Shown here: positions 24,943 to 36,727 of the stretch, one piece after another | Position numbering within the stretch: position 1 is the stretch's first letter | Layout: the number at the start of each line of letters is the position of its first letter | From: Lama glama | Lineage: Eukaryota | NCBI GenBank assembly: GCA_028534125.1 | Contig: CM052816.1 | Location: 88,290,001-88,354,000 of the forward strand | Reading direction: 5' to 3' | DNA: 64,000 nucleotides | The notes under the pieces: generated by a model | What the model was told of the DNA's origin: nothing | Seen by the model: only the letters and a program-made list of their open reading frames with translations | The model's database searches: none | Program-made: the position numbers and the translations under genes

Positions 24943-25444
24943 CTAGAAAAATTTTAATAACTTGTTGTCTATGGTGATTATAATACTATCATAATTAGGT
25001 TACTTTATTTGGGGAATGAGAAATATCTTTGAAATGTGCGTAATTCCAGAGTAATTCTATGGGGCTGTCAGCTCTGGGACAAATGCAATTTATGGGCTGT
25101 TCGGTGCATTTTGCACCAGCTGCTGGAGATTTTCTAACTGTAACCTCAGTAGGTCATGTTTTTTTTTTTCAAGAGAAAATCCAGAATCTGAGTCCTATTG
25201 CTGTAGAAACTGATTTCCAAAAGTATTCTGAGATTGTACAAAAAAAGACAAAGGCAATACAAAATACAGCTCCCACTCTGTGCTTCTATCTTTCTTTTTT
25301 ATTCCCCTCGGAACTGCATTTGCAGAATTTCCTGGCTGGATGCCAGTCCTATCCTAAGGCACTTTAAAGTGCTCTTGACAATGCTGTTCATTCATTATAT
25401 GAATACAAAAACAGTGAGCTAAAGAAGCCTGAAACTTAGCTCAC

Positions 25445-25560
25445 CGATAATTGCTTCTTTATTTTCCTGAGTATCTCTTTGCAAGCACAGCCAAATTTAA
25501 CATCCTGGTTTCTCTTTGGCTAGTTAGAGACTACAAGCGTTCCCTGAATCACCTTTCTAT
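25445..25560 (-). pseudogene. Linker exon candidate
   Basis: atttcttaagtccag|...CG|gtgagc. Reads RKVIQGTLVVSN*PKRNQDVKFGCACKEILRKIKKQLS. Confidence 0.45.
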
Positions 25561-25967
25561 CTGGACTTAAGAAATGTTGACTCTGCCACTTAAATCCCAT
25601 CTTTTTAGCACTGCCAGACATGAACATTTTAATCTGGATGTTTTTCTCATGATGATTTTGACCCTCTGCTTAATGAAATCAAATATATCTATCCTTTCCT
25701 ATAGAATTAATGAATTTTCATAGAAAATATATTTCTGGTGCAAACTCTATTGTGTTAATTTAATTCTTTTTATCATTTTTTGGTGCATTGTGTTTAAAAT
25801 ACTTGCATTTAGTTTTGCTATTTAACTTATACCATGTATATAATTATTTTCACCAGGATATTGAAATTTTACAATTGTTATTTGATTCATCTATTTGTTT
25901 TACTCTATATTAAATTTTGACAATTATGCTTAAGTTATAGTGGGTTTGCTCTTCTGATGTTATTTCT

Positions 25968-26414
25968 TGTTGAATAAGTATTAGTATAGAGGCTGCAAAG
26001 AACAAAGAGCTTTATTTGGGGGTCTTGGGGATTGTACTTCAAGAGGCACAGATTCAAGTAAAACCTAAAGAGTGTTGGGGGAAAGGGAAAGATTCAGAAG
26101 CTTATAAAGGCAAAAGCCATAAGGTTGTTAAAGTTTTCTTGCAAGAAATATGATTGGCTCTGATACAAAAAGGAAACATTTGTCCTTAAAGATAAGATAT
26201 TACTAGATATTTTAGAGTAAGAGTCTGATAAGTATCTTGATTTTCTGAAAGATTGTGTGAAGCTTCTGAATGGCAAATTAAGACAACAAGTGGTCAAAAG
26301 CTCCGATTCCACCAGGCTGAGACCTGCAAATGTCCCACTTCCTCAATGGCTTCCTGGCTCCATTTTAGGGAGCTCTCTTAGCAATACTGACTCCATTTTG
26401 ATTTTTCTTTCACA
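25968..26414 (-). mobile_element. ERV1-type solo LTR
   Basis: Reverse complement begins TGTGAAAGAAAAATCAAAATGGAGTC, contains ccaatc, tataag and aataaa, and ends ...CAACA. Confidence 0.65.
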
Positions 26415-26906
26415 CTACCAAAGCTGATTGTCACAGGCAAAACCATTTGCAGATTTATATTTTGCCAAAGATGTTTTATTCTATCAGCTTTGAATAATAT
26501 AACTTCTTTTCAAAAGCAATTTTAAATGTTTTTATTTGTATTTATTCTTTTGGTGTACTGTCTATGTTTTTCCAGATAACCACCACACCCACCCTTAACT
26601 TCATTATCTTCCCAATCCCAATCAGCTGAGTTTTTAAAAATTATTTTTCTCTACTGCTTTGTAACATTCATATAATTTCTTTTTGATATTTTCAAGCTAA
26701 GTGTGCTTCCTCAAATTGTCTACTGTGGTAATGGTTAGTGATTGTTAGTATGTGTGTATTTTCATAATTGATATTGTTTGTGATGATGCCATCCAGAAGT
26801 ACTTTTTGCTATGAAGTAGACAAATGAAGACAGTTAGTTATTTTCTAACTAATACCTAAGAAATATTTTAGCTTTTTCTTATAAGGTTAACTATAACTGG
26901 TGGTTT

Positions 26907-27566
26907 TGTCACAGCAGACAGATAGCTAGATATGAGCAGGGAAAGGGGGACACAGGCCAAATGGCAGGAACTGAGAAGAAAGGAGGTGCACAGGCCAAAT
27001 GCAGAATACCATATATCATGTAAACAACAGGGGTCCCTGGGTAGACAGAGAAAAGCAGGAACTTCTGGACTGATAAGAAATCACACATTTTGGGGTGACA
27101 AGTGGCCTGAAGGCCAACAAAGAAAAGTGGGAAGGGGCAGGAATCTCCAGTGTCCAAATGTAATCTTTTGCTCATTATGCCCTCATTATAATAAAATTAG
27201 CTTTGCAGATTAAAAGTACCCATCATGCACTGGCACCATGATACTTTCAATCCAGACTAAATAAAGACAGAAAAATCCCTCCTCCCTTCGGGAAGTTGGA
27301 GTTGGGATGAAAACCAGGAAATACAACTCCAAACCCTCCCCTGCCCAATCAATACTCCACCCATTCATTTTCACACTCTATGCAATCAACTTTCCAAAGA
27401 AAGTCAGGGCAGCTGCTCACCTGAGTCTGCCTGCTCTCCCCTTGAGAGTGTACTGTCTATCCCTTAATAAGTCCTTCTCTTAATATCCTTAGTTTACTTT
27501 CTTGACCTCTGTGTCTTGTCCCTGAATTCTTCCTGTGACAGGATAAGAAACTAGTCATCAGCAACA
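26907..27566 (+). mobile_element. ERV1-type solo LTR
   Basis: TG...CA ends, gagagtgtact...cttaataag, tgtccctgaattcttcctgtgacaggataagaa U5-like motif. Confidence 0.7.
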
Positions 27567-28244
27567 TCTTGTTTCTTAGATTTACTTATTTCAATCCCCA
27601 TTTAAGTCTTTAGTATAATTGTTATTATTTTGCATATTTTAGTTTAATAGTCTATATAAACAGGAGAAGAAAGATAAAATTTTCAGTGTCAAACAATAAT
27701 GACTAAATGTCCTTTGAGTCAAAATATGGAGGATTAAGATATTATTTGTAGTCTAAAATTATGAAACCCAGAGGAATTTTTACTAACAATGGAGGTTGTT
27801 ACGTGTTTTACTAAGGCTATTAAAAGCAAATGTATATCCTTAAAAGTTTTTTATATTTTTTGGATTTTTCTAGAGATGCTATCTTTAAGACTTAAATCTG
27901 TATGAGAAAAATACTCACTGATTTTTATTCAACATTTTCCAAGACAGCTATGATTTAACATGGCCTAAACATTTTAAAGACATGTTTAGAAAATATTATT
28001 TTTAAGCCAAGAATCTCAGAAAATTGGCTATGAGATGATTCTTTCTTCTTCTAGGAAAAATGGAGTAAAACTTGGCATTTTTCCTAAAAGGAGATGCTGC
28101 AAAGATGTCTAGACATTTAAATCATGGAAGTAATTTGTACATTTTTTTCAATAAAGTAAAATAAATTCAAATCCGTACTGCTTATCAACATTCTTTATTC
28201 CCATCAGAAATAATCATACTTGCTATTTTCTTTTTGAAAATTTC

Positions 28245-28622
28245 TTTTATCTCAGCTTTATTGAAATATAATTGGCATATAACCTTATGTAAGTTTAAGG
28301 TGTACAACGTGTTGATTTGACACATATATATTGCAAAATGATTACCACCACAGGGTTAGCTAACACCTCCATCAAGTCACATACTACTATTTTTTTTCTT
28401 TTTTTACTGAAGTATAATCAGTTTACAATGTGTGTCAATTTCTGGTGTACAGCATAATGTTTCAGTCATACATATACATACATATTTCTTTTCATATTCT
28501 TTTTTGTAGTGAGAACATTTCAGATCCACTCTGTTGGCAACTTCCAAGTATATAATACAGTATGATTAACTATAATCACCATGTTTTACATTAGATCCCC
28601 AAAACTTGTTCATCTTATTTGC
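28245..28622 (-). mobile_element. L1MA9-like 3' end with nested younger L1 tail (28388-28505)
   Basis: cagctttattgaaatata...taacacctccatca is interrupted by tttttactgaagtataatcagtttacaatg, then resumes gtagtgagaacattt. Confidence 0.8.
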
Positions 28623-28722
28623 TATTTCCGTATTTCTAGTTTTTAATAGAAAAAAATTTCTCAGTGACTTGAACAAAGAAAATATGTTGTAATTATATAC
28701 CATCACTGTCCATAATTTTTAC

Positions 28723-28956
28723 CTGAGTGGAAGTGTTTATAAATAGAATACTTCTTTCCTTCAAAGCTGTTATCATGTTCAGCTCCACGGGGTGGAAGCT
28801 ATCTTTTACTTTGGTATCTGAATTCAGATTTGCTAGTCCTCTGTTTTTTAGAGTCCTCCCTTTAATAGACAAGCCCTCATTATTCCAATCCTCTCTTGTA
28901 ATTCAACCTTTTTATATAGAAGTCTCCTTGTTTAATTATCCTGTGATTTTACTCTC
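28723..28956 (-). pseudogene. Linker exon candidate (234 nt)
   Basis: tccaatcag|...CAG|gtaaaa. Purine-rich: ...REDWNNEGLSIKGRTLKNRGLANLNSDTKVKDSFH... Confidence 0.5.
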
Positions 28957-29059
28957 CTGATTGGATACAGTAGAATATTGTAATTTATTAAAAGAAAGAA
29001 CTGGAATTAGTGACAATATTGGCAGGTACTACTTGATCTAAGTAGTCTCTAACTATGAC

Positions 29060-29435
29060 TGCTAACAGTTCCTCCCAATATGTATGCATGTGCCACTCCT
29101 CACATAGAGATGCATCTATTCATATCCCTCTAGATTTGGGATCAGCCTGTGTCTTGCTTTGACAGGTGAAATGTGGCAGGAGAGACATGCTGTTGTGGAG
29201 CCCAGTAGCCATGCTATATGGAAGCCAGGTTAGACTGTTGAGTGGCTGAAGACCATGTGGAGAGTACTTTGAAAATGAAATACCATATCTCAATCTTTCA
29301 GCTGAATGCAGCTTGAGGGAGACTCCAAGTGAGACCAGAAGAACTGTACAGCTGAGCCCAAGGAAACTCACAAAATCATGAAAAATAATAAATTATTATT
29401 TTGCATTGGTTTGTTACATAGAAACAAATGACTAA
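29060..29435 (+). mobile_element. MaLR LTR (MLT1F/H-like)
   Basis: cagctgaatgcagc...accagaagaactgtacagctgagccca...ttgttacatagaaacaaatgactaaa. Confidence 0.6.
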
Positions 29436-29447
29436 ACCAGTAGCTTA

Positions 29448-29575
29448 GAAGGGAACTATATTCAATATCCTGTAATAAAAAAAAAGAAAAACATTTTTCA
29501 CTTTGCTGTATACCAGAAACTAATACAACATTGTAAATCAACTCTACTTCAATAAAAATTTGGAAAACAAAAAAC
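29448..29575 (+). mobile_element. Short L1 3' tail
   Basis: agggaactatattcaatatcctgtaataa...aacattgtaaatcaactctacttcaataaaa. Confidence 0.8.
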
Positions 29576-30169
29576 AAAAACCAAAACATCAGCAGCTTAG
29601 AATTGTTATTAAACTTTAGATAGTCCTAACCCCAGAGGCCTGAGTAGGGCAGGGCAAGTCAAGCTGTCTTCTCACAGCTCAGACTTATTTTTCTTCCTTC
29701 TTCAAGAAATTTTGTCTCAGGTAGGCATCATTTAAAAGTTGTATATAAACCATCAGATTCATACAGTAATTTCAATTACTGTCAACTGGTAACAGCAATA
29801 ATTAACAGTAATACATATTGCCAATTTCTTGTAGGCATGGCAGGTGTCATGCTATTCTGGTGACTGTAAAATTAAACAAGATACACAGATCTTGCCAGAC
29901 AGGGCTAAATGAGGGACTTTGGTGGCCCTCAATGAAAATGTCCTGAATATGGCCCAAGGGTGGATATATCAGGTAATATATCAGGTAGATTGCAATGCAC
30001 TATTTTGTGAATGTGTAAGTAATGATCCCCTGCCTGTGGAAAAAAATTTTAAGATAAAATTTTAGGAAATTCATGAAGAAAATCTCCATACTTATCTTCA
30101 TCATCTTATGCAGTTAATTAAATGCTCAACAAAATGATTTTCCTCTCATTGAACTCCAAATAAACTTAC

Positions 30170-30223
30170 TTTCTTAAAGGTACTCTATCTTGCTACCAGC
30201 TTTTGACTGAGGATGAGCTAAAC
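30170..30223 (-). pseudogene. 54-nt linker exon candidate
   Basis: ataaacttttccag|...AA|gtaagt. Reads LAHPQSKAGSKIEYL*E. The preceding intron would be only 59 nt, so the upstream boundary is uncertain. Confidence 0.45.
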
Positions 30224-30282
30224 CTGGAAAAGTTTATAAGAAATGGTCCATGATGGATTTACTCATCCAACATGACAATTAC

Positions 30283-30454
30283 CTACTCTAGATGGAGACC
30301 GGTGTCTGCCTGAGGTCACTAGTTTTGGAACTTTGGAGTCTAAGGCCTTGACTATACACGTGGTAACTTCTGGCAGAGGGATGTGAAGAGGAGTTGCCCA
30401 AAATGGCAGCCACAATCTTGCTGGCAAGCACTCCTCCCACAACAAGGGACCAAA
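30283..30454 (-). pseudogene. Exon with C-terminal half of a RING finger
   Basis: Strong acceptor ctttctttgtttccctcag, donor AG|gtaatt. Reads LVPCCGRSACQQ/IVAAILGNSSS/PLCQKL, resembling the RBBP6-type RING pattern VIPCCGNSYCxxCIxxxL...CPxC. Confidence 0.65.
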
Positions 30455-30478
30455 CTGAGGGAAACAAAGAAAGTAAGT

Positions 30479-30927
30479 TGTTATGGGTTCAATTGTGTCC
30501 CTTAAAAAACAGTTATGTTAAATTGCTAATCCCCAGTACCTCAGAATGTGACCTTACTTAGAAATAAGGTCATTGCAGACATCATTAGTTGAATTAAGAT
30601 GAGAATACACTTCAGTAGGGAGGGTCCCTAGTCCTTTAAGACTGGTATCCTTATAAGATGGTTGAAGGAAGACAGAAACACAGGAAGAGTGCCATGTGGG
30701 GACTGAGGACTACAGTGGCATATCTACAAGCCAGGTAACACCAAAGGTTGCTGGCAAACCCCCATAATCCAGGAAGAATTCCTTTATAGTTTTCAGAAGC
30801 AGCATGGCCCTGCAGACACCATGATTTGGGGCTTCTAATATCCAAAATTGTGAGACAATAAATTTCTGTTGTTTTAAGCCAACCAGTTTGTGGTACTTTG
30901 TTAAGGCAGCCCTAGGAAACTAATGCA
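30479..30927 (+). mobile_element. MaLR solo LTR, MLT1C-like
   Basis: TGTTATGGGTTCAATTGTGTCCC...GCAGCCCTAGGAAACTAATGCA. Confidence 0.9.
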
Positions 30928-30980
30928 AATGTCAGTCTCTGCCTGTTAATGATGAGAACAACAGCAACCACAACAGAGAC

Positions 30981-30981
<1 letters not shown>

Positions 30982-31028
<47 letters not shown>
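30982..31028. repeat. (CA)n microsatellite
   Basis: Seen directly. Confidence 0.95.
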
Positions 31029-31029
<1 letters not shown>

Positions 31030-31136
31030 CCTAAGGATCAAAAACCGCAGCAACAAAGACCAGAGGAACCTGGAATTGCCTTAAAACTCTTCATTGAATG
31101 TGTCCCTATGTCTATGCCTCTAGACCAATGACTTAC

Positions 31137-31383
31137 AGAAATCTCTAGTAGAGACCATGAATTCTGTACCCAAGCCCAAACGTGTCTGTTAAACACGAGC
31201 ATTCAAACACTCGGGAACTTTTGGAAGTAGAGATTATGTTAGAGATTAGGGATACTGAAGAGAAAGAATTTGCAGCAGCAGGATTTTATTAAGTTTCTAA
31301 GTTGATACATAGAGAACCAAGGTGGTTTTCTGTCCAGGTTTCCCCATTCTTCAAACTGATAGCAGGATTGGTTTATTGTGGTT
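31137..31383 (-). pseudogene. Exon leading into RING finger
   Basis: tttttctccccctctag|...CT|gtaagt, 247 nt, phase 1 to 2. One frame throughout: PQ*TNPAISLKNGETW...VFECSCLTDTFGLGYRIHGLY*RF(L). Confidence 0.6.
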
Positions 31384-32349
31384 CTAGAGGGGGAGAAAAA
31401 GTCTTCTTACTTGAAAGGATGATGAGAAACAGTGCAGTAACGTTTTCATTGCAAATGCAAAACGGCAGCTCCCCCAAGACCTGCTGCCACAATGAAGTCA
31501 TAAATATGAAACCATGGTTGTCATATTTTAGAGGCGATAGGCAAAGTTTTCATTCTAACGTGGACACACCAGAGGAGTAGGTTATGCCCAACGGCAACAC
31601 TCTTATAATTATAATCTTAATTAAGCTGATACAGAAGTGAGATAAGTTTTGGCCATTATTTATATAATATAACTGGAATCACTTATAGATTAAGGAAAGG
31701 TGGCAGCAATTAGAGGAGAACTGTGACTGACCATAATTTTGCACTGAAAGATGGTTCTTAATTACTCCTGATTGGTGTGCAGTCATTGATTAGGCTTATG
31801 TGATCTTAGGAGCCACTGTTAGTTCTGCATATCAAGAGTAATTGGCTTTTTTCCTTGCAGGGCCAGCAGTTTGATTGACTGTTTGTCCAACCACTTGGGT
31901 ATTTAAATCATCTGGAATGATATTATAATTCAGTGAGGTAGGCTTTAAACAAGTGGCCTAAATCTCATTCAAATGCTAAAGTCACTCACTATATTGATGC
32001 CATACTAGCTAAAAGTAATTGTGAAATTATTGTGTTTGAGGCTATGTCTTTATTGATTTTAGTGCAGAAAAGGATGGGATATCAGAGAGAAAATAAGTTA
32101 GAGGACATCCCAGACAATATAGTCCCAGTAGCATGGGACAACTATGCCCAAGACCAGAGAAAAACTTAAACACCAAAAATAATACTTAGGAACAATTTGC
32201 TCATTTTATTTCTGGAAATGGTAAATTTCACATCTACTCTGATACTTCCTTTTCATCATATCATTATATCAATAAAATGTGTCAAAAGGAATGTAAATCC
32301 TGAACAGTGTGGTGTCTTACAGCCCAAGCATGCCTCCCATCTTCTGGTC

Positions 32350-32690
32350 TCCTTTATTGACTCATTCATCAAGTCTAAAGCACTTACTATGCCGCAAGCA
32401 CTTTTCTAGAAACTAAGACCATAATCATGAACAAGCAAAATGACATCCTCCAAGAGATTATGTTCTAACTGAAGACAGACAATACACTTTTTAAAAGTAT
32501 AAAAACATCATATATCAGATGTTAATCAATACTGTAGAGAAATGCTAAGAAGGGCAATGGATTAGAATATAATAGGAAAGAGACATTGCTTTTTAATGTG
32601 GGGTGGCCAGGAGTGGCTGCACTAACAAGGTAATACTTAAGCAGAGATATTGCAGTGGTCAGAGAGGCTAGATTAAAAATCATGGGGTGA
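32350..32690 (-). mobile_element. L2a-like 3' end
   Basis: tcattcatcaa...agcacttactatgcc...gaacaag...agacagacaata. Confidence 0.6.
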
Positions 32691-33024
32691 CCAGAAAAAT
32701 GAGAACTTCAATGCTAAGAGGTCTTGAGTTCCTGCTTCTCAGTATTCTAAAAATTTTGCAGCCATTTCTTAAAAATATTGTCAAGCTTATGGACTACTTT
32801 ACTAGTATTGCTTCCCAGATTTTAGGAGATAATGGATCAACCTCGGTAGAAATAAAAATGGTTTTTATAACATGTAGATACATTCTAAAGTGCTCCTTAA
32901 TGATACATATTGATATATAGTCCTAGACTGTGGCGAATGAATTATCCAATTGTTTAGGCCATTGGCCTTTCAATTATTGGAATGATAAACCCAAATCTCT
33001 GTGAAAAGCCCATTTTAGGCTTAC

Positions 33025-33124
33025 TTAGTTGAGATGATGATAAAGTAGAAACCATTGGTTCCTATGTACATTCTCATGCAACTTCTCTGACAAAGTCAAA
33101 ACAGTTTTATGAGCAGTCAAAATC
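33025..33124 (-). pseudogene. Exon (end of CSD-like domain / linker)
   Basis: ctctgtctag|...AA|gtaagc. Reads (W)ILTAHKTVLTLSEKLHENVH/EPMVSTLSSSQL. Confidence 0.6.
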
Positions 33125-33631
33125 CTAGACAGAGTCCAAAGTGTGTATCAATGGATTGTGTTTGGAGTAAGAACTACTGTCTAGTATTTTTTTTAATTTA
33201 ATTTAAAAACTCCCTCATTGAACAAGAAATAGAGTGCTAAGGGACCATAGAAGCTACATTTTCTTATACCGGTCCATAGTTGGTTGAGTTGCCTGGGACC
33301 CACACCTTTATAAGGGCCTACATTTTTGGGAAAACAATATTACATAAATATTTAGAAGCTTCTAGTTGGTCTTTCTATTGTGTTTCAAATAAGTTGATGC
33401 CACTTCTCGTGATTTAAGTTATAAAGTTTGAATTTGCCTAACCCAGACAGCCCTCACCACCAGTGTGCTGGAGACAACCAGCAAAATATATGGTTTTACA
33501 AGAACATGGTAAAATTTACTGTTCATCTGGTAGCCCTGAATTCAACCACGTGTGATAGATAGTGTGTGCGTGCTGGTTCCTATAAAGAGACGCGATGTAT
33601 TTAACTGCAGCTGAGGATCTATTTTATTTAC

Positions 33632-33735
33632 CATTTATCTCGATTTAGATCAAACTCAGCACCCACTGAGAATGTTCATTCATAACTGGGTCATCATGAG
33701 CTCAGCAAAAACTTAATGGAGCGCTCACTCTTTCA
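33632..33735 (-). pseudogene. Exon, C-half of cold-shock-like domain
   Basis: ctttcttacttttag|...|gtaaat. Reads ERVSAPLSFC*AHD/PSYE*TFSVGAEFDLNRDK(W). Phase 2 at both ends matches the neighbours. Confidence 0.6.
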
Positions 33736-33855
33736 CTAAAAGTAAGAAAGTGGACTCAATTTTGGAGAGTGATTAGAAATACCATCCACAGTTTTCAATG
33801 AAAATATGTATATAGCATAAAGAGAGTGTAGAGTTGAAACAAGCTTAGCATCCAC

Positions 33856-34034
33856 CTGTTTCTAAAATATAGAAATTATTGGGAGACATGATGTTCTAGG
33901 AAATTTTGACACTCTCCTTTTAGCTTGAGGAGATTTGAATTTTAAATGTATAATTCTTCCTTTTTCAATTAAGGGTGGGACTGATATCCTTTAACATGTG
34001 ATGCCATTTTAAGGCCCATTAGTTTAAAAGGCAT
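33856..34034 (-). pseudogene. Putative first coding exon, N-half of cold-shock-like domain
   Basis: AAAATGG (good Kozak) at 34007 gives MASHVKG. With frameshifts it reads PLIEKGRIIHLKFK...KGECQNFLEHHVSQ*FLYFRN(S). Donor AG|gtggat; the acceptor is weak. Confidence 0.5.
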
Positions 34035-34121
34035 CTACATATTCGTTGTTTAAGTTGTTTGAGGTTCAGTAAAAACATAACAAGATTACTCTGTTAAAAT
34101 AAAATATGTTATATAACTGTC

Positions 34122-34125
<4 letters not shown>

Positions 34126-34154
<29 letters not shown>
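34126..34154. repeat. (AT)n microsatellite
   Basis: Seen directly. Confidence 0.95.
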
Positions 34155-34159
<5 letters not shown>

Positions 34160-34763
34160 AAAAATTTAAATAAAACTTGTAAATTAATTTGAAAGAAACT
34201 TGAAAGAACACCTGGATCATCTGTGGACAAAGAAAAATCACGCTACAGACAGACGCTTTTATCACAAGGTGATACAAGGTGATATAAGGAGGCAGTTTCA
34301 GCTATCTAAACTTCCCTAGTCCTGGCAGTCTCTGTGCCATGATAAACAGATGTTGTATACAGAAGTTCGGTGGTACTTGATGTTAAGAAACTGAAAAAAC
34401 AATAATTTAAACACAAATAATCAGATATGTTGAACTTGAATGGGAAGTTTTAGTTAATAGATGTTACACTCATTTGGGTGTCATTTTAAGCTGTTTTGTA
34501 AAATAAATGTCATGTTACTTTTGCACTCTAGGAATCTTGATTAAATGAGAGTTCGAAGACATCTAGTGGTAGCCACCATATGTGATGCAGCTTTTAGTGA
34601 CAAGAGGAGGGAGAAATAGACACAGGGGCCTAAACTTCTTATTAAGAAAATATTGCTAAAAAGGAAACAAACTAAGAAAAGAAGGATAAGATATTTCACA
34701 CACCTTTTAAGTATTAGGAATAGACATTTAAAATGAAGAGTGAGTGAGATGTTGGACTTATAG

Positions 34764-35065
34764 TTGTAAGAGGGAAGAACAAATCTGACTCCATATCAGA
34801 TCTGTTTCTTTTTTCACTCTAACCTTTGTATTCTGTTGCTTTTGCTATAAGTTAATCACTAAAGGGATGTTACATATAGCTTAAAGCGTACCTAGTGGCC
34901 CGTCTCCGGGAATCCTGCCTCCCATGCCTGAGCATTAATCAAAAATACCTTTGTTTAGCACACAGGAAACCTCCTGACTAGGCCCCCCTATGAATGGCTC
35001 CAGGAAAGAAGAAATTAACACAACCTCTCTGGAGTCCAGAAGCAGGAAATATTTGCAACACACAT
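34764..35065 (+). mobile_element. Partial ERV1 LTR
   Basis: TGTAAGAGGGAAGAACAAATCTGACTCCATAT... LTR 5' end; the 3' half is missing. Confidence 0.6.
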
Positions 35066-36651
35066 AGTTCCTTGAAGCTGTACATCTACACATAATATAT
35101 CCAACTTGAGTCTCTCCCCCAAGGATCTAGTGACAATCAATTCATTATTTGGAAACAATCTTTGATGAAGCTAAATCTTGTTAATATGACTACAATTTTT
35201 AATTTTTATTTTTTACTAATTTACTTCTTTGTAGCACAATAAGGAAGAAGCGAACTTGCTATTAGCTATTAACATCTGATATTATTATGACGTTACTTCT
35301 AGCGTAGGGGACAACTTTTTACCTGCGAGATTACGTGTTGCTGTATAATATATCACCTCATATTAACAATTGTCTACTCTGGAAATGGTGTTGTGAGAGG
35401 AAAATCCATTAGAAAAGTTTCTAGCCAGGTTCACAATTAGTCCCCTTAAAGAAGATAAAAAATATGCTTTGTCTTCACATGACCCAATTTTGGTGACCGC
35501 TTGCAGGATTGGTGATTAGAAGCTTATCAGTTTCAACAAGTTTAACTTAAACCTAGTCAGAGAAGAGAGAATGCAAAAGAAAATAAAAATAGTTTCCCTT
35601 TTATACTTCTGACATTATATATCTTATGAACTATTAAAATTGAAAACAATCAAATCATGTAAAATATAGGAAAACATAACTATGCAAAAAAATTAGATTG
35701 ATAGTGACTGATAAAAAGCTAATAATTTACTTCATTTGCTAATCTTTCTGTCAAAGTTTTAAATTTATTTATTCGTACAATGTCTATTTATAGTCTCCAT
35801 TGGGTATTAATTAATGTTGACCAAATACATCCTGAAGTCCAAGATCACTTTATATATAAAAAGTACCTTAAAATCAGACAGGCATTCTGTTTCAAAATTT
35901 CACCTTAGCAGTCCTTAAAAGTTCTCATATGACAGTCATCAACCTGAATCTGTACAGTTAGAAATAAAAAGCAATAAAAAAGGAGTTTGTTGCTGATCTG
36001 ATGGTATGTAGTCTCTCATTTCTGTGAGTCTGCTGAAGTTTCAAACCTTGCAGAGTTTGATGACCCTGTAAGATATCACCACTGGGAAAAGCAGAGCAGG
36101 GCAATTGGCTGGTTTATATAGATGGAACTAAAAATAAAGTGAAATATTTCCCTCCTCTATGTGTTCAAAGATTGCATGGGTGAAAATTACCAGTTTTATT
36201 GACTCAAGTTTCTTACCCAAAGACTGCCATGCCTTTTACTTTTCTGTTTGAAAGGAAAAAGAGAAGTTTCAAAAGTAGAGACAAGTGATACTACAAACCG
36301 ATTTATTGGAATCTAGCTGGCACACAAGCTCAATGCCTTACTGACAGTGACTAGTCTGTGCTCCTGAAATTGAGGGGTTTTTGGTAGCCCCTTGGTGGCT
36401 CCTAGCTGAGTTACAACAATAAATATATTACTTGCTCTGAAATTCTTCATTTTAAAAATACCTTATTTTATATAATATTTAAAGAGCTGGAAAACATATG
36501 AATTTAGAAACACTGAAACCACTTCAAAATAAACAAGATTATATTCAACACGTGTTTGGTTGAAATTAAGAATTCACACATCTAAATAGGCTCTGGATTC
36601 AAAGAAATTATTTATTTAAAAAAATATGGTTGACCTAAGGATTAAGTATAA

Positions 36652-36727
36652 AGCAGTGGGCAAAAACTCAATCTTCATTTCTTTACATGTAGCAGTGGGC
36701 AAAAACTCAATCTTCATTTCTTTACAT
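36652..36727 (+). repeat. Perfect 37-bp tandem duplication (period 39)
   Basis: agcagtgggcaaaaactcaatcttcatttctttacat twice, separated by gt. Confidence 0.95.

Larger units (their letters stand above)
2851..34034 (-). pseudogene. Multi-exon unprocessed (probably unitary) pseudogene of an uncharacterised CSD-RING-KEN(CCCH)-RRM-KEN protein
   Basis: About 20 purine-rich minus-strand segments bounded by AG acceptors and GT donors. Several junctions keep phase (e.g. RNS|ERV, DKW|ILT, RFL|LVPCC, LFS|VVD, LSS|MFE). Protein-like motifs appear in collinear order. Most exons carry stops or frameshifts. Confidence 0.75.
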
